DNA from: a virus
Taxonomy: Duplodnaviria > Heunggongvirae > Uroviricota > Caudoviricetes
Direction: 5' to 3' (one strand)
Virus record (IMG/VR): IMGVR_UViG_3300046519_000060
Span: 128,001 to 167,847 of that record
Length of the DNA: 39,847 nt
The position numbers and the translations under genes are program-made. Of the stretch, positions 6,035 to 13,520 are shown piece after piece (within the stretch, counting starts at the first letter, position 1; each line of letters begins with the position of its first letter). The notes under the pieces were generated by a model. That model was given only the letters and a program-made list of their open reading frames with translations. It was not told the origin of the DNA and ran no database searches.

Positions 6035-6337
6035 ATGGAAAATCAACATCGCGTCATCAAAGGCTATGAATTGAGCGCAGAGGAAATCGCGCTGATGAAC
6101 GAAGTCAAAGAAGAAGGCCAACGTCTGGCCGATCTTTTGAAGAAGGTCGAAGATCATATCAACAAGCAGTATATGGACCAGTACGACATTCTGGATGGTG
6201 AAGTCTGGGATACGACCGAAGAACTGGATCGTCTGAATGCGGCAGAACCGTATCGCTGGCTTCAACATGCAGTGGATGAATACAAGACCGCGACGATGAA
6301 GTTGGTCCGCGCAGTAGCACAACCGACGACCTTCTGA
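6035..6337 (+). CDS. acb2: Acb2-like anti-CBASS cyclic-nucleotide sponge
   Basis: MENQHRVIKGYELSAEEIALMNEVKE...AEPYRWL...MKLVRAVAQPTTF closely matches the recalled Pseudomonas phage Acb2 pattern. Confidence 0.85.
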   Translation: MENQHRVIKGYELSAEEIALMNEVKEEGQRLADLLKKVEDHINKQYMDQYDILDGEVWDTTEELDRLNAAEPYRWLQHAVDEYKTATMKLVRAVAQPTTF

Positions 6338-6444
6338 TGCTACTAGACCTCTGTAAGTACGCGGCGGTATCGAAGCGGTATTGGCCTTTCCTCGATGCGC
6401 ATGTGAAGCTGTGGTGGATCATGGATAAGCTAGGTAAGGTCTGA
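6337..6444 (+). CDS. 35-aa hypothetical protein
   Basis: TGATG coupling at both ends. Confidence 0.5.
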   Translation: MLLDLCKYAAVSKRYWPFLDAHVKLWWIMDKLGKV

Positions 6445-6566
6445 TGCTGACGAAGATCAAGCTGGACAAAGACAATCGAATGCTGCGTGTCGGCTTCGGA
6501 AAGAACGAAGGAAGATGGTTCTTCCGTGTTGACCTGTGGTTCGCTGGATTCAGGTTGACTAAATAA
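6444..6566 (+). CDS. 40-aa hypothetical protein
   Basis: TGATG coupling; MLTKIKLDKDNRMLRVGFGKNEGRWFFRVDLWFAGFRLTK. Confidence 0.55.
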   Translation: MLTKIKLDKDNRMLRVGFGKNEGRWFFRVDLWFAGFRLTK

Positions 6567-6629
6567 AACATCGGGACATCGCGGAAGCTGGACTTAGATT
6601 CAAGTTATCCAGTGGCGTGTCCCCTACTT

Positions 6630-6714
6630 GGGCGTTTGGCAGAGTGGTCGATTGCGCGTGGCTGTAAACCACGTCTCGAAAAGCACGGTGGTTCGAATCC
6701 ATCAGCGCCCACCA
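6630..6714 (+). tRNA. tRNA-Tyr(GTA)
   Basis: GGGCGTT/AGCGCCC, CGTGG-CT GTA AA-CCACG, variable arm, CCA. Confidence 0.93.
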
Positions 6715-6778
6715 AATTTAACGGATTCGAAATCTGAAAATCTTCGCAATACTAAATATTAGTATTTGCGGAAATAGG

Positions 6779-7210
6779 ATGAAGCAATCCAGAAAGATAA
6801 CAGACCAAGAGTACGTTGACGCATACAACGAGTATCGTCATTGCGGAAAGATAGCGGCGCACTTCAAAGTCCCACACATCCAAGCATGGCGTCGATGTAA
6901 AGCCCTTGGTCTGGACTTCCCGAATGATGGTAATAACGGGAAAGGTAGAAAAGTAGCACTTGAAGAAATTCTCGAAGGTAAGCATCCTCACTTCCAAACC
7001 CTAAAGTTGAAGAAGAAGCTGTTGGAAGCCGGTATCTTTGAAAATGAGTGTCATGTGTGTGGCATCCGTGAATGGAACGGTCAATCATTGGTCATGCAAC
7101 TTGACCATATCAACGGCGATCCATCCGATCACGTTTTAACAAACCTTCGTATGTTGTGTCCGAACTGTCACGCACAGACGGATACCTTTTGTGGCAAAAA
7201 CAAATGCTGA
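6779..7210 (+). CDS. HNH endonuclease
   Basis: CHVCG...LDHINGDPSDHVLTNLRMLCPNCH. Confidence 0.9.
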   Translation: MKQSRKITDQEYVDAYNEYRHCGKIAAHFKVPHIQAWRRCKALGLDFPNDGNNGKGRKVALEEILEGKHPHFQTLKLKKKLLEAGIFENECHVCGIREWNGQSLVMQLDHINGDPSDHVLTNLRMLCPNCHAQTDTFCGKNKC

Positions 7211-7374
7211 AATCCATCACACAACTTCCGCTTGCGGAACAAGATCGTCTGCGCGAAACCGTTGGAGATTATCAAGTCCAAGTCGATCCGCGCACGTTCG
7301 AGCAGTACGTCCGATTCATGGGCGAGAACGTCAGCGTCAAGTCGATCCACGACAGCCGACTGCTTCTGGGCTAA
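7204..7374 (+). CDS. hypothetical protein
   Basis: Overlaps the HNH stop; plausible codon usage. Confidence 0.55.
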   Translation: MLKSITQLPLAEQDRLRETVGDYQVQVDPRTFEQYVRFMGENVSVKSIHDSRLLLG

Positions 7375-7377
7375 ACG

Positions 7378-7578
7378 ATGGCATACACCGCAGACCAACA
7401 AAGCGTCGTCAACGAGCGCGATGAACTGTCGCCCCGGCTGCAACGCATGAAGAACCAAGTCCAGTCGCCCTCTTTCGCAACGATTGACCGGGCGGAACAG
7501 GAACGTCTCACGAAGCAAGTGTGGGTCATGGGCCTGTACCTGAACATCCTGAACGAGCGCATCGCAGCGTTCGGCTAA
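7378..7578 (+). CDS. crAss001_48-like / T4 Y16Q (Sequestin)-like helical protein
   Basis: QQSVVNERDEL...F...EQ.RL..Q...M..Y...L..RI..F pattern; family assignment from memory. Confidence 0.6.
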   Translation: MAYTADQQSVVNERDELSPRLQRMKNQVQSPSFATIDRAEQERLTKQVWVMGLYLNILNERIAAFG

Positions 7579-7582
7579 ACAA

Positions 7583-7623
7583 GAACCCCAACATTGGCAA
7601 CGATGTTGGGGTTTTTCGTTTTT
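7583..7623 (+). terminator. rho-independent terminator
   Basis: AACCCCAACAT/ATGTTGGGGTT stem plus T tract. Confidence 0.85.
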
Positions 7624-7628
7624 GGGTG

Positions 7629-7656
7629 TTGACATTCATTCCCAGACCTGTATAAT
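7629..7656 (+). promoter_or_regulatory. sigma70 early promoter with box
   Basis: TTGACA-16 nt (TTCATTCCCAGACCTG)-TATAAT. Confidence 0.85.
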
Positions 7657-7687
7657 CCTTTTCATCGATTGAACGGGAGCGCAGGAC

Positions 7688-7951
7688 ATGGACATTAAGA
7701 AGTTGAATGCTGATGCAATCGTCAAGCACATCCGTCGCTACGGCGGCGCATACCGCATCATCCAAGTCGGCACGAAGTTCGACATGGAACGGTTCCGCAA
7801 GGGTGAGTGGATCGGTTGCGGCACGCTGAACACCAATTCGGCCAAGTCCGCAATCAAGCGCCTGTACCACTGGAAGTCGGAATCCTTCACGCTGTACTGG
7901 TCGGATGCCAGTTACCCGGAATTCATCAAGCAAGCTTTGAAGGGAGAGTGA
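7688..7951 (+). CDS. hypothetical early protein
   Basis: GGAG/AGGA RBS, directly downstream of promoter. Confidence 0.75.
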   Translation: MDIKKLNADAIVKHIRRYGGAYRIIQVGTKFDMERFRKGEWIGCGTLNTNSAKSAIKRLYHWKSESFTLYWSDASYPEFIKQALKGE

Positions 7952-7953
7952 AT

Positions 7954-8115
7954 ATGCGATACCTCGCCTACGAGAACGTCCCGCACGGATGGGAAGTGAT
8001 GGACACCGCCGCGATCCCGGCCCGGACCTTCGTTGTCGGCCTCACGGAAGATCAGGCAAAGGCTGTCGAGAAGGAACTGAACACGCTGGCACAACAACTG
8101 AACAAGGGACGCTGA
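7954..8115 (+). CDS. hypothetical early protein
   Basis: GGAG RBS, ATG 7954. Confidence 0.65.
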   Translation: MRYLAYENVPHGWEVMDTAAIPARTFVVGLTEDQAKAVEKELNTLAQQLNKGR

Positions 8116-8116
8116 C

Positions 8117-8344
8117 ATGACCTATCGAGTAAAAGTCACCATCGAAGTCGTCAACGAAGATGACGAAGTTGTAGATCACCGTGGATGGGTCAGCCACGTC
8201 AGCCGTAGGGATTTCACGCCGCTGCGCACCACTCAGTATTGGGATGGGTACGACTACGGTATCCAACAGGCAACCAAGCACTTGAATTCGCTGTTCAGGA
8301 CCGTTCAGGCCATCGGAGAAATTAATGTCCGTGAAGACGATTGA
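8117..8344 (+). CDS. hypothetical early protein
   Basis: Tightly packed operon ORF. Confidence 0.65.
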   Translation: MTYRVKVTIEVVNEDDEVVDHRGWVSHVSRRDFTPLRTTQYWDGYDYGIQQATKHLNSLFRTVQAIGEINVREDD

Positions 8345-8549
8345 TGACTACGTGAAGAAGTATGGCTTCTGCAACTGGCAAGCGCAGGATGTCATCAAGC
8401 AGCTTGAAGTGGCACACAAGGCGCTGGTCGAGACTGCGAAGTTCTTCGATATGCGTCAGCGTGAATTGGGCTGTCTGTCCAAGGAAGCCCAAGCACTCAA
8501 CGACAAGGTTTGTGCAGCAATCGCAGTCTGTGAGGCATGGAGTCTATGA
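8325..8549 (+). CDS. hypothetical early protein
   Basis: GGAG RBS. Confidence 0.65.
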   Translation: MSVKTIDDYVKKYGFCNWQAQDVIKQLEVAHKALVETAKFFDMRQRELGCLSKEAQALNDKVCAAIAVCEAWSL

Positions 8550-8719
8550 AGCTGATTCACCGCATCAACGTGTTGCTGGCCGGGTTCGTCAACTTCCGTA
8601 ACCCGGTGACGCCCTACTATCATGACAAGCGGGACTACCTCTGGTACAACCGTGGACGGAACCTGTCGAATCGTCTGACCTTTCATTTCTTCGAATGGAG
8701 ACAGCAATGGCCGAACTGA
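8546..8719 (+). CDS. hypothetical early protein
   Basis: ATGA overlap, GGAG RBS. Confidence 0.6.
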   Translation: MKLIHRINVLLAGFVNFRNPVTPYYHDKRDYLWYNRGRNLSNRLTFHFFEWRQQWPN

Positions 8720-8892
8720 CCGATACCCAAAGATTGGACTTCATCTTCGACCATCGGCCTGTGTTCGATGAAGATAATCGCGGCCCGTTCATGGTGTTCC
8801 GGTTCGAAGGCCATCACTGCGTCTCGCGCGGCAAGACCTATCGCCAGTGCATCGACAACGTGACGACCGGCAACTACAAGTACTCCGACTAG
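8707..8892 (+). CDS. hypothetical early protein
   Basis: GGAG RBS; TDTQRLDF N-terminal motif. Confidence 0.65.
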   Translation: MAELTDTQRLDFIFDHRPVFDEDNRGPFMVFRFEGHHCVSRGKTYRQCIDNVTTGNYKYSD

Positions 8893-9197
8893 ACGATCCC
8901 GTACCGCTTCTTCAAGGCGGCGAGTTCCTTCCTCGCCCCTTCCACAACCACGTCCGACATGTCGATGTCCGTGCGCTTCTTGAATGCCCGCAAATCTTCA
9001 TATAAGGTCTTGGGGACTTTGAAACTCATGGTCTGCGTCGCTTCCTTCTCTGGAAACTGAAACGGCGCAGGAACCTCTACAGCGGGCTGTTCGACCTGTG
9101 GTGATAGTTCGGTACTCGTCGGTACGTTCGAGCGCCGTGCGGCCTCGTCTGCCAACTGCTGGACCACATCTGGTATCGGCGCGAATCCCTTACTCAT
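8889..9197 (-). CDS. ribbon-helix-helix centromere-binding protein (ParG-like)
   Basis: Flexible P/E-rich N-terminus; C-terminal TMSFKVPKTLYEDLRAF...MSDVVVEG RHH pattern; coupled to ParA. Confidence 0.7.
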   Translation of the reverse strand: MSKGFAPIPDVVQQLADEAARRSNVPTSTELSPQVEQPAVEVPAPFQFPEKEATQTMSFKVPKTLYEDLRAFKKRTDIDMSDVVVEGARKELAALKKRYGIV

Positions 9198-9840
9198 TGA
9201 ATACCCCCTTGTAGATCGTCTCGATTTCGTCTTGTGCCTGTTCCGTGTCGCGGTTCCGGCGCAGTTCTACGACGCCCTTTCCCTCTGATGCCGCAACGCC
9301 GAACGCATTGCGCTTCACGACCTTGATCGGTTCGCACCCGAACGTCTCTTTCAGCTTATCAAATTCGTCTTGTAAGCTGACTGTCAACTGGTTCCTATCG
9401 TCTGCTGAAAGCTTGTTCATCACGGTGACGATACGGAAGGTGCGACCGCTGGCCCGCATGGTGTTAATCATCTGAGCCATCGCTGTCAACGACCAGACAT
9501 CGTACTGACCGGCCTCGGCTGGCAACACAAGGACATCACAAGCGCCGACCGCATAAACCAGTTCCGGTGAGTTCTTACCGCCAACATCCACAATCACAGT
9601 ATCAACGGCTTCACGTTCCGCCATCAAGTCGGAGTAGATGTTACCCGTCATCTTGGACAGAAGAATGTTCGGTTCGACGTTCTTCTGTCGGCGCAGCATT
9701 CCCCACATGTAAGCGTACTCGTCCGTGTCCGAGTCGATCAGCTTCACCACATGTCCACGCTTCGTCCGACTGACGGCGAGATTCGTGGCTATCGTTGTTT
9801 TCCCCACTCCACCCTTTCTTGTCGCCACTGCTATGAGCAT
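9190..9840 (-). CDS. parA: ParA/ParF-type deviant Walker A ATPase (type Ib, no N-terminal HTH)
   Basis: KGGVGKTT, IDSD and VIVDVGG motifs; 216 aa. Confidence 0.9.
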   Translation of the reverse strand: MLIAVATRKGGVGKTTIATNLAVSRTKRGHVVKLIDSDTDEYAYMWGMLRRQKNVEPNILLSKMTGNIYSDLMAEREAVDTVIVDVGGKNSPELVYAVGACDVLVLPAEAGQYDVWSLTAMAQMINTMRASGRTFRIVTVMNKLSADDRNQLTVSLQDEFDKLKETFGCEPIKVVKRNAFGVAASEGKGVVELRRNRDTEQAQDEIETIYKGVFNE

Positions 9841-9853
9841 TGGTATCTCCGTG

Positions 9854-9880
9854 CGTATATGCGTATATACAGCCGTATAT
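9854..9880. repeat. three CGTATAT repeats in the parA leader (candidate operator/centromere)
   Basis: CGTATAT at 9854, 9862 and 9874. Confidence 0.6.
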
Positions 9881-9906
9881 GTGACCCTGATTAAGCCTAC
9901 CGGCGA

Positions 9907-9935
9907 AGGTTAGCACTCGATCTTCCACATGGCAA
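9907..9935 (-). promoter_or_regulatory. sigma70 promoter of the parA operon
   Basis: TTGCCA-17 nt-TAACCT with extended TG, minus strand. Confidence 0.65.
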
Positions 9936-9945
9936 GAAAAATTGC

Positions 9946-9973
9946 TTGACACGTATTCCCAAACCTGTATAAT
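9946..9973 (+). promoter_or_regulatory. sigma70 early promoter with box
   Basis: TTGACA-CGTATTCCCAAACCTG-TATAAT. Confidence 0.85.
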
Positions 9974-10007
9974 CCGTCTCACTGAAACACATCTGGGAGC
10001 GAACAAT

Positions 10008-10244
10008 ATGATTGCACTCTGGACGGTAGTGGATGAAGGTAGCGATGTCGAAGTCTACGCAACGGCGTATTCGGTTGCGAAGGTCATCGAAAGTCGTGGA
10101 TTGGCGCTGGAACCGGAAGCCGATGGACCGGCTGATTTGGGTATGATCCTGTTCGTATTGAACAAGTGTGATCGCGGTCGTTTCTATGAACCCGGTCAAC
10201 GGTCGTGGAAGTACAAGGCGCAAGCACAGTACAACGTCAAGTGA
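10008..10244 (+). CDS. hypothetical early protein
   Basis: GGGAG RBS. Confidence 0.7.
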   Translation: MIALWTVVDEGSDVEVYATAYSVAKVIESRGLALEPEADGPADLGMILFVLNKCDRGRFYEPGQRSWKYKAQAQYNVK

Positions 10245-10251
10245 GGAAGGT

Positions 10252-10422
10252 ATGAAGAACTATCCCGTCATCTTCGAGAAAGATCACTGGATTTACCGGG
10301 AGTACGGCATCTGGCCGCAAGGTTTCGAATTCGTCGTGATGTCCCCGGAAGGCAAGGTCATCAAGAAGTATCCGACCATGAACCAAGCCAAGGAAGCCAT
10401 CGATCAACTTCTGGGAGACTGA
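10252..10422 (+). CDS. hypothetical early protein
   Basis: GAGGA RBS. Confidence 0.65.
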   Translation: MKNYPVIFEKDHWIYREYGIWPQGFEFVVMSPEGKVIKKYPTMNQAKEAIDQLLGD

Positions 10423-10425
10423 CCC

Positions 10426-10665
10426 ATGTACTCCAAATGCAAAGCCAACAAGCGGTTCTTCAAGTTCTCGTCGCCCGACAAGCTGGTGGACATGTGGTTC
10501 ACCACTTCTTACAACATCGTGCCAGACAATGCGCTGCATCTGGGTATCCGGGACGGCGAAGGTAACACGCTGATGTTGCAGATTCCCGGTGAAGAAGCCG
10601 AAAGTCTCGCCCTGTTCATCTTGCGGGAACGCGAAAAAGTCAAAAACAAGTCCGGGAATAGTTGA
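10426..10665 (+). CDS. hypothetical early protein
   Basis: GGGAG RBS. Confidence 0.65.
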   Translation: MYSKCKANKRFFKFSSPDKLVDMWFTTSYNIVPDNALHLGIRDGEGNTLMLQIPGEEAESLALFILREREKVKNKSGNS

Positions 10666-10689
10666 CAAGCGTTCCCAAACCTGTATAAT
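10662..10689 (+). promoter_or_regulatory. sigma70 early promoter with box
   Basis: TTGACA-AGCGTTCCCAAACCTG-TATAAT. Confidence 0.85.
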
Positions 10690-10721
10690 CCTTTCCATCG
10701 ACAACGCATCCGGGACTGAAC

Positions 10722-10961
10722 ATGAAGCTGACCAAGGCAATGCAACAACTGGTTCTGGATGCGCAAGTTGCTGGCTACACGGTGCGCAACGAGCACGACA
10801 TGTGCGTGGACATCGTGAAGCTGACGAAGCACGCCAAGCCCCGCGTCATCAAGGGTCTGCGCATCTGGGCTGACGGCAACGCCTTCGACGCCACGATGGA
10901 CCTCGCTGCGGCCAAGTCGATCCGCACGCAGAAAGAACAGCGCAAGTTCCTCGGCATCTAA
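10722..10961 (+). CDS. hypothetical early protein
   Basis: Directly downstream of promoter and shared leader. Confidence 0.7.
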   Translation: MKLTKAMQQLVLDAQVAGYTVRNEHDMCVDIVKLTKHAKPRVIKGLRIWADGNAFDATMDLAAAKSIRTQKEQRKFLGI

Positions 10962-10973
10962 GGGAGATTAGAT

Positions 10974-11192
10974 ATGAATGATGTTGTCCTCATACCGGAA
11001 GGCACTGACCGATTCCCGCTTGGTGTGTCCGTCGAGATTCGGACGGAAGGCGACACGAAGTACGTGACGATCCTCGCACGGCTTCATGTGAACAAGCGAT
11101 TCGAATTGCCGCACTGCTATTCGGCCAAGTTCACGACCGCCGAAATCCTGCGTGACCATTCGTTCTACAAGTATCTCAGTCGCTACAACTGA
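10974..11192 (+). CDS. hypothetical early protein
   Basis: GGGAG RBS. Confidence 0.65.
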   Translation: MNDVVLIPEGTDRFPLGVSVEIRTEGDTKYVTILARLHVNKRFELPHCYSAKFTTAEILRDHSFYKYLSRYN

Positions 11193-11208
11193 TTTCCACG
11201 TTTGGGTA

Positions 11209-11236
11209 TTGACAAACAATCCCAAACCTGTATAAT
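11209..11236 (+). promoter_or_regulatory. sigma70 early promoter with box
   Basis: TTGACA-AACAATCCCAAACCTG-TATAAT; inverted box CCACGTTTGGG just upstream. Confidence 0.85.
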
Positions 11237-11263
11237 TCGTTTCATCGACAACGGGAGACGAAC

Positions 11264-11524
11264 ATGAGCAAGCAGACGGCAGTGCAAATCAAGGCGCAAC
11301 TGGACCAACTGGCTGCTGAGTTCGGCGGTGTGGTGATTGGTTCGGACTGCCGCCGTGGTATGGCTTGGATTCGTCTCTCGCCCACGTATGTCGCGCAGTT
11401 CCCGTTCTGGAAGGGCATCGAAGCTGCGCATCTGGACCAACAGTTCCGCACGCATGTTCCGACCCGCAACTGCCGCAATCTGTGCCGTGTCGAAGGTTCG
11501 CAATTCTTTATCGCTGGCCTTTAA
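11264..11524 (+). CDS. hypothetical early protein
   Basis: GGGAG RBS. Confidence 0.7.
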   Translation: MSKQTAVQIKAQLDQLAAEFGGVVIGSDCRRGMAWIRLSPTYVAQFPFWKGIEAAHLDQQFRTHVPTRNCRNLCRVEGSQFFIAGL

Positions 11525-11552
11525 ATCTAACCCACTTTTGAGGATTCTCTAC

Positions 11553-11762
11553 ATGAACGCATCCCAACGTCGCATCGCTATCCGCGCACTCCCGAAGCAA
11601 GGTTCGAAGGTCGGCTACCACGGCAAGAACGGCCTGATCGATGTCCGCGTGGGCGGGCTGCTGGTGAAGGACAATGGCAAACCGTCGCTCTGGCGTATCA
11701 AGGTCACGAACCCGGCCACGCGCGGTCGTGCGACCCCGAAGCTTTCGCAACTGGTGTACTGA
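11553..11762 (+). CDS. basic hypothetical protein
   Basis: GAGGA RBS, ATG 11553. Confidence 0.65.
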   Translation: MNASQRRIAIRALPKQGSKVGYHGKNGLIDVRVGGLLVKDNGKPSLWRIKVTNPATRGRATPKLSQLVY

Positions 11763-11768
11763 TCGATC

Positions 11769-11972
11769 ATGGACCTGACAATCACGATCCGGGTTTCGGA
11801 CAACGCGAAGCCCGATGAACTGCACTATGCACTTCGTTCTGCCGCCGAAGAAGCTGCGAACCTGATCTTGAAGTACGGGAATACGGGCGAAGACGGCTAT
11901 ATGTGCTACCTGCACGCCACGGAAATGCACGTTCCGTGCGTCCAAGAAGCCACGTACAAGAGGACGGACTGA
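11769..11972 (+). CDS. hypothetical protein
   Basis: Operon ORF. Confidence 0.6.
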   Translation: MDLTITIRVSDNAKPDELHYALRSAAEEAANLILKYGNTGEDGYMCYLHATEMHVPCVQEATYKRTD

Positions 11973-11974
11973 GC

Positions 11975-12130
11975 ATGTACAAGACCGAACAGAAGCCCCG
12001 CATCAAGCTGACGTTGGGCTACTACCACGTCTCCTTCTATGACGAGTGTCCGTTCCTGCACCTGTGGAACCTCGCGTTCGACTGGTGTTACGACATGAAT
12101 GGGAAGAAGTATAGAAAGCCAACAAAGTAG
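11975..12130 (+). CDS. hypothetical protein
   Basis: Operon ORF, ATG 11975. Confidence 0.55.
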   Translation: MYKTEQKPRIKLTLGYYHVSFYDECPFLHLWNLAFDWCYDMNGKKYRKPTK

Positions 12131-12159
12131 TTGACACCCATTCCCGGTTCTGGGATAAT
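12131..12159 (+). promoter_or_regulatory. sigma70 early promoter
   Basis: TTGACA-17 nt-GATAAT with ATTCCCGG in spacer. Confidence 0.75.
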
Positions 12160-12192
12160 TCTTTTCATCGCAACGGACACGGAGTTTCAGAC

Positions 12193-12546
12193 ATGAGCGA
12201 AATCGTCAAGACCGGCCCGGAAGTCATCGTGCGCATCGGTCAGTTCGTCAGGGCGCTGGAAAAGTTCTGCAACGAAGTGAACCAGTGCAAGCACCTGTAT
12301 GCCATCGTTCTCGAAGCCGAAGTCGGCAAGAAGTACGCTCGCATCGTGCGTCGCGACAAGTGGCCCGATCAAGCGCCGACCGGTGGTTCGGCACACTGCT
12401 TCATCGATCTGGCGAACGGCAACATCCTGAAAGCTGATGGCTGGAAGCGTCCCGCGCCGCAGATTCGCGGCAACATCTTCAAGGATGACTTCGACATCGG
12501 CCCCGGCAAGGCGGTTGGTGAGTTCGGTGCAGCATATCTTCGATAA
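12193..12546 (+). CDS. conserved phage protein of unknown function
   Basis: GKKYARI...SAHCFID...GNILKADGWKRPA...RGNI pattern, widespread in phages. Confidence 0.75.
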   Translation: MSEIVKTGPEVIVRIGQFVRALEKFCNEVNQCKHLYAIVLEAEVGKKYARIVRRDKWPDQAPTGGSAHCFIDLANGNILKADGWKRPAPQIRGNIFKDDFDIGPGKAVGEFGAAYLR

Positions 12547-12549
12547 GGG

Positions 12550-12846
12550 GTGAACATGGCGAAGTACACGGAAGAACAGAAAGCCGCCGCGCGTCTCGCG
12601 CTGGATCACAAGGTTCGCGAAATGATCCATGAAGCGAGTCTCGATGCCATCGCCAGACTTGAAAAGCTGATGGATGATGACGCATCCGGCCTTCTGGAAA
12701 CGGAACTGGAAGGCGGCGCATACGAAGCATCGAAGAACTTCATGGTTGCTCTGGGACATCACCTGATCTGGGCGTATGGCAAGCCCTACGCGAAGAACGA
12801 CCGGAAGTGGTTGAACAAGATCAAGAAGTTGAAGCTGAAAATCTAA
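12550..12846 (+). CDS. hypothetical protein
   Basis: Operon ORF (ATG alternative at 12556). Confidence 0.7.
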   Translation: MNMAKYTEEQKAAARLALDHKVREMIHEASLDAIARLEKLMDDDASGLLETELEGGAYEASKNFMVALGHHLIWAYGKPYAKNDRKWLNKIKKLKLKI

Positions 12847-12857
12847 AGGAAGAAGAA

Positions 12858-13094
12858 GTGAAGAACTGGTTCATCAATCGCTGGACATCCCTCAAACGCG
12901 CCTTTGCCTATGGCATCGGCGTATTTTCTTGGAAGCTGACGTTCCTCTACGCCGTACTGTCGGCATTCTGCTGGTATGTGGACATCAGCCCCATCCATTT
13001 CATCGGCGTGCTTGCTATCGTGACGCTGATCGACGCAGTTTCCTACTCGCGCGGTATTCGTATCGAGCGAGAAATCCAAAACCGAATTCGTTAA
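12858..13094 (+). CDS. small membrane protein
   Basis: GTG start after AAGGA; two hydrophobic segments. Confidence 0.65.
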   Translation: MKNWFINRWTSLKRAFAYGIGVFSWKLTFLYAVLSAFCWYVDISPIHFIGVLAIVTLIDAVSYSRGIRIEREIQNRIR

Positions 13095-13097
13095 AAC

Positions 13098-13348
13098 ATG
13101 ACCTTAGATGAAGTAGAAAAAGTGGATCAGGACGCCCCACTGTATCAAGTTCACCTGTACATGAAGTCTGGAAACGTGATCGAACTATTCAACCTGTTGA
13201 AGTTCAAGTTCGAACAAACCGGGCGTGGAAAACCGTTTCATGGCAGTTTCACCCGGACGACAACACGTTCAACTTGATGGGCGGCGGCGCACTGGACCTC
13301 GATCAAATCGAAGCAGTCACGTACAAGGTTCAAGAAGGATTGATGTGA
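13098..13348 (+). pseudogene. frameshifted hypothetical gene (or sequencing indel) at GGAAAAC 13227-13233
   Basis: Frame 0 MKSGNVIELF...; the -1 frame continues TVSWQF...LDLDQIEAVTY and its TGA overlaps the next GTG start. Confidence 0.55.
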
Positions 13349-13494
13349 GCAAGACGGAAATAGCAGAGAAGTTCAAGGAATATCTGGAAACCGTTCAGGA
13401 CTCCTACCCGAATGAGTATTACGCAACTGATCGAGCGTTGGCTGCAAGCTTCATTGGCGAGTTTCTAACGTTCATCAACGTGAAGTACAACTAA
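13345..13494 (+). CDS. hypothetical protein
   Basis: GTG start after AAGGA. Confidence 0.6.
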   Translation: MSKTEIAEKFKEYLETVQDSYPNEYYATDRALAASFIGEFLTFINVKYN

Positions 13495-13520
13495 AAGAAG
13501 TAGAGAAAGAAGAAAAGAAC

